In this document: piece by piece, positions 27,609 through 40,718 of the stretch
Numbering within the stretch: position 1 is the stretch's first letter
How the letters are laid out: each line of letters begins with the position of its first letter
Source: Octopus bimaculoides
Lineage: Eukaryota
NCBI RefSeq assembly: GCF_001194135.2
Contig: NC_069000.1
Coordinates: forward strand, 8,345,880 to 8,409,879
Length of the DNA: 64,000 nucleotides
Reading direction: 5' to 3'
The notes under the pieces: generated by a model
What the model was told of the DNA's origin: nothing
Database searches by the model: none
What the model saw: only the letters and a program-made list of their open reading frames with translations
Program-made: the position numbers and the translations under genes

Positions 27609-30600
27609 TCAACAAGGTGAGTGAAACCATAGTCTTGGCTGTTGCCAGTCTCATGTGAATGGCACTCAAGCCAGTGGCACGTAAAAAGCACCCATTACAC
27701 TCTAGGAGTGGTTAGCATTAGGAAGAGCATTCAGCCGTAGAAATTATACCAACAAACTGGAACCTGGTGCAGCTCTCTAGCTTATCAGTTCCAATCAAAC
27801 CGTCCAACCCATGCCAGCATGGAAAGCAGACATTAAATGACGATGATGATAATATATATATATATGTCTTACCTGTAGACTGATTTTCACCAGAAGGACA
27901 ATAAAAGTATAACCAATGAGGAAATTCCACCTAAGTAAAGGAAAATTAAATATTTAGCATAAGAAGCCTGTATGTTTGTTCATTGTTTTCTTTTCTTTAA
28001 TGACAACGTTTTTAATTTTGAGCATGGCCGTTGCCAGTACCGCCTGACTCGCCCTCGTGCCGGTGGCATGTAAAAGCACCCACTACACTCTCATAGTGGT
28101 TGGTGTTAAGAAGGGCATCTAGCTGTAGAAACTGCCAGATCAGATTGGAGTCTGGAGTAGCCATCTGGCTTGCCAGTCCTCAGTCAAATCGTCCAACCCA
28201 TGCTAGCATGGAAAGCAGACGTTAAACGATGATGATGATGATATATATATATATATATATATAAATATACATATATACATTCATATATATCGTGTCTTCT
28301 GGAATATAAGTCAGAACTTTTCTGACCAATATTTACAGCCAGATAAAGGTAGCTCAAATTATGCACCAAGACAGCTTCGAAGGAGCAAAAATTCCATGTG
28401 AAATTCAACAGGATTTGGAACAATAGTGACGATGTTTTAATATTTACACTATGTATCACATTGGCTTTTATGCCAGAAAATACAGTCATAATATTTCTAA
28501 GCTAGAAAAAAGTGAGACCAACCAAACGTACTTACCACCATAGTAGCTTTCTCAAGGGCTTCAACAGAAATTCTCGGCCAAACCACATAAAACAGAAGAC
28601 TATGATGACATAACCAAGACCAAATATGTTGATCCGATTTGTTCCGGCAAAGAAGACAATGGCCATGGTCACCCAAAAGAGGTGATAGAATACTGCATAC
28701 TTGGCTACGTCTAGGTAGGAACTGGGGTACAATGAAAACAGATTCGGTCAGTATTTAGTAGAGTAGTTGAGAAGGACAGGCAGATAAATAATGACGAGAG
28801 AGGTAGATAGGTAGATAGATAGATGGATAGAGAGAGAGAGAGAGAAAGAGAACCAGGTGGCAAGAGAATGACAAAAGGAAAGAATTTGGTAGAGAGGAAG
28901 CAAAATAAACCATAGATGACAAAATGGAGAAAGAGGGAGTATCAGAGAGGAAAAGAGAGATAAACAAACTGTAAAAGAAAAAGAGAGTGAGTGAGACAGA
29001 TAATATAAGTGACAGAGTAAGAGAAAGAGAGAGAGAGATAGAAAGAGAGAGAGATAAATATAAAGAGAGAGAGAGATTGTGTAAGGAAGAGAAGACAAAG
29101 TGAGACAGATGGTGTAGGAGAGAATGAGAGAAAGACAGAGAGTGAGATAGATAGTGTAACAGAGAGAGACAGAGATGGTGAGAGATGGTGTGAAAGAGAG
29201 AGAGGGAGAGGACAGAGAGAGTGATACAGTGTAAAAGAGACAGGCAGACAGAGAGACAGTGTAACAGAAAGATAGAAAAAAACAGTGCGAGAGAGAGAGA
29301 GACAGAGACAGAGAGAGAGGTGCACTTCTATATTTGCATAAATGTATTAACTTTGTTGTTTAATATATTTAGAATAAACGAATCACATAAACAACAACAA
29401 CAAAAATTGCGACAACTAAGAAAGAATTATTTAGTAAAGGCATCACCAATAATTTGAAAATCTGAAAGAGAAACACAAGACCAGAGTATTTAAATTTCAA
29501 AACAATAAACAGATAAAAGTGTCTTTGCAGGGTGTGCTACCAATAAATATTCCGTTTCTTTTCTTTTTGATGCAGTTCAGATCCTCTGCGCCATTTCGAA
29601 ACACAAACATTTATTTAGTCATGGCATTCATTTTGCAAATCAATATCCAAGTGTACAAGAGTTGGTAGCACACCTTGTTGGAAGTACCTGGTAAAACATT
29701 AGGGGACCAAAAAAAGAAAAAAAATCATAAAAATAAAAGATAGATAAATAGGTGCCTTTAGATCTCGTGTCATGCTTTGTGATGGTTTAAGCAGGCTTGA
29801 ATAGTTGACAAGACACAAAAAGAAACATTCCATGTTTTTTTTTTTTCCGTTTTTTTTTTTAAATGCAAAGTCAAAACCAAATAGCAAAAACTGCCAGCAA
29901 CTAAGGTTTTCCAAAGAACAGAACAGATAGAATATACTTCATTCTTTTGTATTGGTTCGCAAGAATCTTGATGCCAACTCTTGTATTATTATTGACATAA
30001 TGACCTGACCAAGATAGGAGAAAGTTAATATCTATCGTAATACGTGTGTCTGTGTATCTTTGTGTGTGCATGTGTTGGAATAGATGAAAGGGTGCTGAAA
30101 AGTTCTCTGGCTTTAAGGGTGTCACAAAATGCGAGGCTGGAGGCCCAACCGTCTGAGCTCTTCTACAAAGCTTAGAAAAACTGAAGGGCCACTGCAATAA
30201 GTGTGTGAATCTGAGAGGGGAATATGTTCAATAAAATCATAATTAACTGATCCTCCTGTATTCTCTTTTACCCAAAGCCAGGAACTTTTCAGCACCCCCT
30301 TGTAGTTAATATCTATCATAACACACGTGTGTTATGTGGAAGGAAATGCATTCTTTTCTTTTATTCTTTTACATGTTTCAGCCCTAAGGTTGTGGCCATG
30401 CTGGGGCATCACCAGTCATATATACAGCTTCCACATATTTGTCGAGAGGGAAATTCAGCAAGTCCATTAAACACTATAAATCAATGCTTACCAAATACTG
30501 TTTATTGCTGCCTATTATCTAAGTACTTAGCTGATAATATATTTATTTATCTTCCACCACACAACCATAACAGCTGAGTTAACTATCAACAGGGATAATG

Positions 30601-33600
30601 CAATACATCTTTGAATTCATAACATTTTTACTGCCAAATGATGAGTTGGCTTTGACAACAAACCAATATGTTGGTCTAGTTCTAATTGTATGACATAAAT
30701 TATGTGTTACCAGGGCCAGATTAAGACCCACAGAGGCCCTAAGCACATAAAAGATTTAGTGCCTCCATGTGGATGTAATTTAAGATATAAACAATAATAA
30801 ACCATAAAATAAATGTTCATTTTTGAAAATGAAACAAAACTAACAGTAAAATGGAAAATAATGCTTATTTTTGCAAGCTTTCACCTACTTCTATTTTTTT
30901 TTAATTGCAATGTCCTTGATCAAATCCTCATTATGACACCATGAACACTTAAAAATTATAATTCCAATCATATAAGCCATTTTGAATATTATTTAAGTAA
31001 GTTTAAAGTGATTTTTTTTTAATGCCGTAAGCCCTTAACCATTTCTGTGGTTCCCCAATTAATACTCTAAGCATGTACTAATTAATAATTTAACTTTCAA
31101 TTATTTTGAAAACTTAAATCAAAAGAAAGAAAAGTATACATTATAGAAATCAAATTAATATCCAAATTAATTTCAATATTATAGCAAATAAAATCTTGAA
31201 ATAAAGCTTACTACCAAGAAAATTAATTTGGCAACATATTCTCTTATGAAAGTACATCAAAGATTTTCATTTCTCTCTTACCAATAACAATAATAATAAC
31301 GGTTTCAAATTTTGACACAAAGCCAGCAATTGTAGGGGTGGGGATAAGTCGATAACATCGACCCCAGTATTTGACTGGTACTTATTTTATTGACCCTGAA
31401 AGGATGAAAGGCAAAGTCGACCTTAGTGGAAATTGAACTCAGAACATAAAGACAGATGAAATGCCACAAAGCATTTCGTCTGACTTCTTAATGGTTTTGC
31501 CAGCTCACCACCTAATAATAATAATAACAACAACAACAACAACAATTCCTTCGACAGATGCAAGTCCTCACATTTAGGATAGAGAGATAATTAGATTGAA
31601 TGATGTTTGTGTTTTTTTTCCCCTTCTTTTCTTCTCAAAGACATTAATAACTCAAATGGTAGAAAAATAAACTGGAAATCAAATCTGAAATGCATATTTT
31701 CTCAAGAACTCACCTCTACAACAACAATAACAAATACAACAATTCCGTAACAACAAAACCAAAACAAAAAAACAAGATGGGTTAGTAATTGTTTCTGTTA
31801 AATATGAAATGAGAATAAATCACTTGTAGCAACACCACTAAATATGAGGATAACATGTTCCAACATCTCAACTGTTTTAAAATAAAATATTTTAAAAATT
31901 TGATAAAATTGCAAATGAAAACTTAATTTTCAGTTTTAATAACAACGTTTTAAAATGAGAAAATCCCACCGTCATCATCCCATACTTATCTTTATTTTCA
32001 TTTAACAAAGGCGAGACATCTCACATTTTTGATAGAATCTCGTTATGTTTCTTTTGTCAGAAAACGCAACCCCAGTTCTGTAAAACGCCAAACTAAATGC
32101 AAGCTTCCAGTTAACTATATTCTTGTACTGACAACTAAGTGGAGGATAGGGTGACTTGTATGTTGTTTTCATCAAAAATAATTTATTAACACCTTATTTA
32201 CCCAGGGATTAAAAACCCCTCATTCAAACTAATAATTTGAATTCTGGCAAATAAAAATGGTCCTTGCATCACATTATAAGATGTCTGAGGTCATTAAAGA
32301 TAACTTTGTGTTTTTGCAGAAAACTAGTTCACAGTTGCATAAATGTGACTAGCAGTGAATATTTTAAAAACCATCGGTAAAAAAAACATATTTTTGTTAG
32401 AAACTGAAACCAGAATTATTCTAGTTCGTCTATTTGGTCTGTTCCTTTAATTGCACCAGAAAACTCATTTGAACAAATGAAAATGTGGAAAACAGCAAAT
32501 AACTATAAATGTAATAAAGCTTTTTCATTTTTTTAAGAGCAACTACAAATTCGATGAATAAAATAAGAAAATTAAACAAATTAAATATACTTATCAAACC
32601 CATAGAATAAATCAATTGAACAGTGAAAATGGAAAGAACTAATAACATTTAGTAAGGAAATAATAGAAAGAAAACAAAATAGATTGTAAATGTGAAAATA
32701 AAATCAGCAACTAACTAAGGAAAACAAACCATGAGGCTAATTTATAAGTTATAACAATCACTGTGGGACCCTTAGGATATATTTTCTGCTTTTTTCATAC
32801 ACATTTCCTGCAGACAGGGGAGCAAAAATAAACTGAATAATAATAATAATAATAAATTAAGGGGTGTATGGAAAGAAAAAAGCAAAAAAAGTGACATTGA
32901 CTTGAGAGAGAAATTTATAGATACCGAGTCTTAGGAAAAAATGACCAAACCACAGAGGCAGATGAGCTACTGCTGCGGACATAAAATGATAATGGTTACA
33001 ATTCTATAAGATTGGGGCATTTTAAGGGAGGAGAGGNNNNNNNNNNNNNNNNNNNNNNNNNNNNNNNNNNNNNNNNNNNNNNNNNNNNNNNNNNNNNNNN
33101 NNNNNNNNNNNNNNNNNNNNNNNNNNNNNNNNNNNNNNNNNNNNNNNNNNNNNNNNNNNNNNNNNNNNNNNNNNNNNNNNNNNNNNNNNNNNNNNNNNNN
33201 NNNNNNNNNNNNNNNNNNNNNNNNNNNNNNNNNNNNNNNNNNNNNNNNNNNNNNNNNNNNNNNNNNNNNNNNNNNNNNNNNNNNNNNNNNNNNNNNNNNN
33301 NNNNNNNNNNNNNNNNNNNNNNNNNNNNNNNNNNNNNNNNNNNNNNNNNNNNNNNNNNNNNNNNNNNNNNNNNNNATATCTTTGGTAAGAAATACAAAAC
33401 AGTCTTTGATGAGTCATCAGTGCTGAAAACAGGTAAGAGTTTAAAAAAACAGGAAAAAAAAAACTTTCTTCCAGAATACATTATTTGGATGTAAATTATA
33501 ACTATTCACTCAGCAGAAGAATATTTAAATATTTCTTCAGGAATTTCAAAACATCATTAGTGACAACATGGCATCTGATTACCACAAGCAGAAAATGGTT

Positions 33601-36600
33601 TCAATATGTTTAAATTTAAAACTTTGCGACTTCTTGAATAAACCTAAGTTTTCAGATTTAGGTGGAGGGGAAAAAAATAGGAAGCAGTGACTACATCTCT
33701 TTTTGAGAGAATTAGAACCAAACATGGAACAGTTCCAATGAGAACTGAAACTGAATTACATCCTTAATTCTCAGAGAACTTAAATACTTATCAACAGTTC
33801 TACAGCACCTGTTATATTTAAGACTATAAAATGCTTCAAGTTTAAAACAGAAATAACATTTTATAGCAAACTAACTAATTAATAATCTGGGGAAATTATA
33901 TATAAAAAAAAAAAAGGACACACTGTATAGTGACTAGTGGTAAAAACTAAGAAAGTACAGCTGACCCAACAAAAAAAAAACCCAACAAAATAAGTACACA
34001 AGACAAAAGCATTTTTAGTGAACTCATACAGTGATAGTTGAAAGAAGCATAAAAACCTTCAGCAAGTGAAGTTAAGTAACTTGCCCAAAGAAATAATACA
34101 GAAGCAGCATTAGCAAGACAGAAACTTGTGTTTCAGGAGCAGGAATTCAATTAGCTTAATTATTTTTGTCATAGTAGCTTGCTGGTTGCTGTGAAGAATA
34201 TGGTCATGTTTGAAGATCAACACAGCTCTCTTGATTCTGGGGTAATGTTAAGTATTTTGGCAATGCACACCGAAGAAGTATAGCAAGCCGCTAAAAGAGT
34301 CATCTTAGAAAAGCTGTCTTCAACAGAACACAATTCAAATTGTAATCTATAGCTCCAGGCAATGATTTCGGTTCTAAATATTCCTTCTCTAAATATTCAG
34401 GAGCATAAACGAAAAAAAAACAAAAAAAACAGTACAACATTGAAGCATACTCCACGAATATTTCATGTTGAATGGTATTGAGCAAAATGGTAAAAAGGAC
34501 AATAAATAGACTGAAAGCTAAGAATAGTTAGAGGGTTAACAAAACATAGTGACTAAGTTTTTAAAAAAAACAGATAAATAAATAACCCTTTAGCATTTAA
34601 GCTGGCTATGTCCAGGCTCTCACACCAACCCAACAAGGTTATTCTAAAAATAAAGTTACATCATAGAAATTTTTGACGCTACAAGACAATGCATAATTAA
34701 TTCAAAATAATGTGAATATATAAGCTTTATATTTGACAGGGAAATCTGAATGCTAAAGGGTCAAAGATAATGGTATGATAGGGGCTAATGTTTGAGATGT
34801 AAACAATTTAGATGTGATAATAGGAATAATAACTCATGTTAGAAATGAAAGGCTTTTTGGTGGGGTTTGAAGAAATGTGATATTGAAAAAATGAATAATG
34901 TAGAAAACTATATAAGGTGTATATATGATGGAGGTTATGTATAACAGAGAAGGAATAGCAGCAGTGGATATATATTCTTACAATGGAGAATGATTCATTG
35001 AACAAGTAGTATGAATGTAGTGGAAAGTGGTACAAAAAAGACAGGAGAAATGATTGAGTTTGAATGGTATTAGATAGAGGTTAAGACAATATTGGTTTGG
35101 ATATGTAACAAGTAGATGTTACATGTAATGTCATGAGTTGGAGACAAGTGGTAGCAGTGGAAGAGAAACACTAAAGAAGAATTGGGAAGAATTCATAGAT
35201 AAAACATGAAAGTAATAGTATACTTTCTAAATGAGATGATGCATAGAATAATAATAAAAAAAAAGAAAAAATTGGTACTCTGTCGATTATGACAACAAGG
35301 GTTCCAGTTGATTCAGAACAGCTGGCTTGTGATATTAACAAGTCAAGGCAGTGAGCTGGCAGAATTCTTAGCACGTTGGATGAAATGCTTAGTGGTATAT
35401 CACCCATCACCATGTTCTGAGTTTAAATTCCACCGAGGTTGACTTTACCTTTCATCCTTTCGGGGTTGAGTACTGAGATCGCTGTAACCGACTTATCCCC
35501 CTCCCCAAATTTCAGGCCTTGTGCCTATAATAGAAAACGATATTAACAAGCCAGTCATTCAGCATTCCACAGACACATGTACCATTAACGCAGTTCTCAG
35601 GGAAGTGTAGCATGACACAGAATGTGGCAAAGCATTTATACGTAACTTCGTCTTCACATCATGTGATGGATGTAACTGAATATCATTATCATACAAGTGA
35701 TGTTGATTGCTTCTAGTCTTCCAAGGGAAACATATCTGGCCAGTGAGGAACATTACCTGACTTGGAAACAGGTGAAGGTTGGCGACAGGAAGAGTGCCTG
35801 GCTTTAAAAAATAAAAACCTACCCCAACAAATTCCAGCTGATCCATGCATGCATGGAAAAGTAGATGATCAATGATGATGATGGTGATTATGATGATGAT
35901 TATGGTGATGATGATGATGGTGATGATGATGGTGATGGTGAAAGACATAAATGATGAGTTCAAAATGATAATGTTCATAAATTTCATAATGGAAATATAT
36001 GAAATATAAGAGATCGATCTAACAACTGCAACAACCACCGAATCAACTCACTGTGAACTAACCACAAGAATATCTGTCACAAATCATAGCATTAAGGAAT
36101 ACCAGCATCAAAAAGCAACTCATGGAAGAGGTTTCCACTCTGGTTTCTTTTCTTTTTTGTTTTTGTTTGTTTTTGGCTTCTTTTTTTTTTTAAGAAATGA
36201 ATAATTGGTTGAAAGAAAGTGAAAAAAAAATCAGCAGCAACTAAAAAGTTTTGAAAGGCAACAGAATGAGTGCAATGGCGAAGCTGAGAAATAATGAAAA
36301 ACAGAATTAGTTGAGATATTGATTATAAGGAAGTATTTGGAATTGATATTTTTAACATGTGTTTTTAAACAGGAAACCTTGCAATTTCAACAGAAAAGGA
36401 CAGAATAATGATGATTTCTCTCATTGATTACATGAGAATGGAAAGAGTCAACCGAATCAATTTCTAGCATCAAATTTTTTTTTATAGAATAAAAACGTTG
36501 GTTCCAGTGGAAAGACAATAAGAACTACAAGAATCTAAACTGAATGGTATTGAAATAAGATTTTCACAGACATCTTTAATAGCAAATAACTGGAAATAAA

Positions 36601-38682
36601 AGTTTGGAAGTATTAATTAATTACCTTCATTTGAAATTTTCATTAATGTTGACCTGACAATTTACCTAAATTATCAAATTATTAAACCAAGAGAATTACT
36701 TCTGCTGAAAGATATTTTTTAATTCTGTATCACAGAAACCTGCTTCAACAATATCATTACCTAACGTTTACTTTCCCAGGCTAGCATGGGTCAGACAGAA
36801 TTTGTTGAGGCAGATTTTCTACAGCTGGATGCCCTTCCTGTTACCAAACTTCACCTGTGATATTTCCCCCATGACCAGACATGTTTTGAGAAACTGGAAA
36901 TGAAGGATACTGCTTGCACGACAGTAACACTTGTTTACAACTAGCACATGGTGTCAAGACAAAAGAGATAGTTACACACACACACGATTGGCCTTTTTCA
37001 GTTTACATCTACCAAATCCACTCAAGGCTTGAGTTCACCCAGGGCTACAATAGAAGACACTTGCCCAAGATGCCAAGCAGTAAGACTGAACTTGAGACCA
37101 CACAGCTGGAAGGCAAACTTCTTACCACACACAGCTGTGCCTTTAATAAGAATTATAATGAGGAGCATAAACTCATGGAAAGATTACATATTCTTATTAG
37201 ATACACAATCTCCCAGATTTGCTGTTATTCTTTTCCGTTATTTAAACAAATTTACATAGTAAAGATGCTTCCTTATACAGATAATTATTTCCAGAAACAA
37301 TTTTAAATGTATTAAATGTTTAAAATGCTTAAGTGATGTAGAATGCCATTTACAAAGACCAACAGACGACATACTGCATTACTTCACTTAGACAAATCTA
37401 AATCATAATCAAAAACATTCCCAGAGGACACAAATTTAACATTTACACTGAGTGAAACTATAAAACATCTGATCCATATGCTGGTAGCTTAAGTGCGCAT
37501 GTGAGTCCACTCACAAGGCTTTGGTCGACCCAAGGCTATAGCAGAATACACTTGCCCAAGGTGCCACACAGTGGCTTGAACCCAGAACCATGTGGTTGGG
37601 AAGCAATATTCTTACCACACAGCCACACCTGTGCCATGTGTATCTCTTTATTTTTTTTAAGAAAACACTATTTGGTGAAAGATTACTCCTACACACAAAT
37701 ATCAATATCTCTCTCTCTCTCTCTTTCCCTGCTAACAATCCAACTTCGACTCAACACTGCCATATGTCACCTTTACGAACATCTCGGTACAAACACACCA
37801 CACACACTTGTGTTACAAAAGACTGTTATTGATCTTATGGCCTCAATGTTGGCAATCCTTAGTCATAACTGGTTTTATTAACTTTTGTTCCTGCTTTTAC
37901 GTTCATTATATAAAACTAACAAGAGCTCTCAAAATATCTTGCTAAAATAATTTAATATTTTTCTGAAATTGTTAAAATCTTTGAAAAATTCTGCTAACAA
38001 TAATAATTCAACATGAATGCTCAAGCATGAAGTTAATATGAGGTTAATGTTATTTTGTTAATTTTTCAATTAAAAAAATTTTTTTTTCAATATTTACTTA
38101 CGCCATTGTGGTGGTGAAATCAGGAACTGGTATCTCTAGGGAAGCTTCGACCTCAGGTAAAATGTCTTTGTTGTCACCGCCGGCATAATTAGTAGACTGA
38201 CTTCCCTGTTCCACGTTGAATACTTGCCATTGGAGGCAAACGAATAACAACTGGAAGAAATCCGCTGGAGAAGAAAGGAGATGACATTAGATGAGGTACA
38301 TGCCAGATATACACAGGAATAAATATTTACACACAAATACCTATACATATGCGACTACTATACATATCTTTTCTACTATAGGCACAAGGCATGAAATTTG
38401 GTGGGAGGGGACTAGTCAATTGCTCCTGTAACTTGTCATTAGAAATGCATTGAAATAGCAATTGTTCCACTGAAAACCTGTGACCAATAACAGTCACAAA
38501 ATGCATGAGACATATATTAATAGTAATGGTAAGACAACAAAAGAATAAAAGAGACCTCGATATTATGTAAATAGAGGAATTTATCTGTAATATATGTGAC
38601 AATTATTCGGTTGCCATAATAAAACTCTGAGTTTCGAATGTCAGGGCAGAAACCATTCTGCCAGCTTGCCATCTTAATAAAG

Positions 38683-38716
<34 letters not shown>

Positions 38717-40684
38717 CAGTAATAATTTTTTCTACTAAAGGCATAAGGTCTGAAATTTGTGGGGAAAGGACAAGTCGATTACATCAACCCCAGTGTTAAA
38801 CTGGTACTTAATTTATTGACTTCCAAAAGGATGAAAGATAAAGTCAACCTCAGCAGAATTTGAACTCAGAACGTCAAGGTGGACAAAGTGCCACTAAGAA
38901 TTTTGTCCGGCATGCTAACCATTTTGCCAGGTCACCGCCTTAATAAGGATAATAAAAATAATAACAATAATGTTGCTACTATAGGCATCATATAGCTTGA
39001 AATTTTGAGGGAAAAGGTCCAGTTGATTTCATCCCCCACCCCAGTACACAACTGGTACTTATTTTAGTGACCCTGAAAAAAATTGAAGGCAAATCAACCT
39101 CAGTGGAATTTGAAATCAGAATGCAAAGCTGGAGAGAAATGCAGCCAAGCATCTTGTCCAGCATGCTAACAACTGTGCCAACTCACCATTTTTATATCTA
39201 AATAATAAACAGCAATGAAAATGACTAAATTAACTCACACCTCTCCATGCAATGGCCTACAGTAAATTTAACATAAATTAGCATAAATTAATATAAATTA
39301 ACATAAAGTGTTGCTCCTTACAGTTGTGAACAGAGGCAATGTCACAGATTTCATTCATGGAGATATATCTCACCTGTACAGTTTCCACCTATTTTTATAT
39401 CAAACCAAATTACAATAGAAATCTATATATTCATAAGAGAAATGAGAGGAAAAACCAGTTTACCTATAAGTATAATGGCTGGTGGAGGATGTAAGTAGCT
39501 TGGTAGGAAAAGCCAATATTGCAGAGATGGTTTCAGCATTTCCTTCCATGGATATTCTGCCAAGACAAATATTATAGAGCAAATGAAATACGTGTTGTGG
39601 AGAAGGTAACCAATGAAAAATACCAATATTTTGACACACTGGTTATGAATGTGAGATAAAGACAATTTGGCTTTAGTATACACACACACACACACACACA
39701 AACCACACACACACACACACACACACACCCACACCCACACCAAGAACAATTGTCTTTTAGTGTGTGCGTGTATGTTTATACTTCAGGTAACATATATCAA
39801 AACAGGAGACTGGGAAAACAATTCTGAATAAAAATAAGCCTGACAAGAGTAATCTGAGTGCTAAAGGGTCAAACAAAGCCAACGCACAAGTCATCAGGCA
39901 TCCTTCAGGATGACTTGATGGTTCTTATTGTTCCAACAGAAAAACAGGCATGTATATACAGTCTGTGTGTACTTAATGTATATGAATGATCAAAAAAGAA
40001 AACATGAAATATTTACCAGTGCAGAGTCCCAAAAGAAAACCCAGTGAGGACATATACTGGAGTGGAAGCAAAACGGTCAAAATGAGAACATAGACCGGCC
40101 AAACTCTGGCGTTATTACGTCGGTTCATTAGGAGTAAAGCCGCCAGGAAGATGGCATAGAGAATAGAGTATGCATCCACTCGAACACTAATGGTGATGGC
40201 AGTTGTGATGTAGCAGATCTGTGAGGAGAAAAAGAAAAACCATCGAATTAAGAGGAAATAAACATTTTACACAAGCATCTTTAATTACAAAATGGAGTGG
40301 CGACTCCTGTCGATTATTGGGTTGGTGCATAATTATTGTGGCTTTTTTACAACAAATTTTATTCAATAAAAACAATAACAATGTTTAACAAAAACATCTT
40401 TAAATGATTATTCCGGAGTATATTCACCATCTACTTCAATTCCTGCTTCCCATTTGCTTGGCAGACGGTCAGACTGTCATTTAAAGATGTTTTTGTTGAA
40501 TATCGTTATTGTTTTTGTGGAATAAAATTTGTTGAGAAAAAGCCGAAATAATTATGCACCAACCCAATAGTTTAATTACGAACAAATGGAGTGCTTATAT
40601 GCAATGGTTTGACCTGCTAGAAATAACACCAAAATCTCTTTCAAATCACACCTAACCAAAATAAGGAACCAACACAAAAAGTAA

Positions 40685-40718
<34 letters not shown>

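Larger units (their letters stand above)
26430..28240. mobile_element. Cluster of four same-orientation family C repeats ending in (GAT)n, interleaved with two PIEZO exons
   Basis: Shared ggttggcgttaggaagggcatcc...catgccagcatggaaa core at about 26430-26590, 26690-26900, 27640-27850 and 28025-28240; further copies at about 22850-23040 and 47880-48030. Confidence 0.65.

Noticed and set aside
34300-34485. [26 protein letters not shown]... as a nested gene in the 9.4-kb intron
   Set aside because: It is short, has no recognisable domain and has no consistent splice sites.
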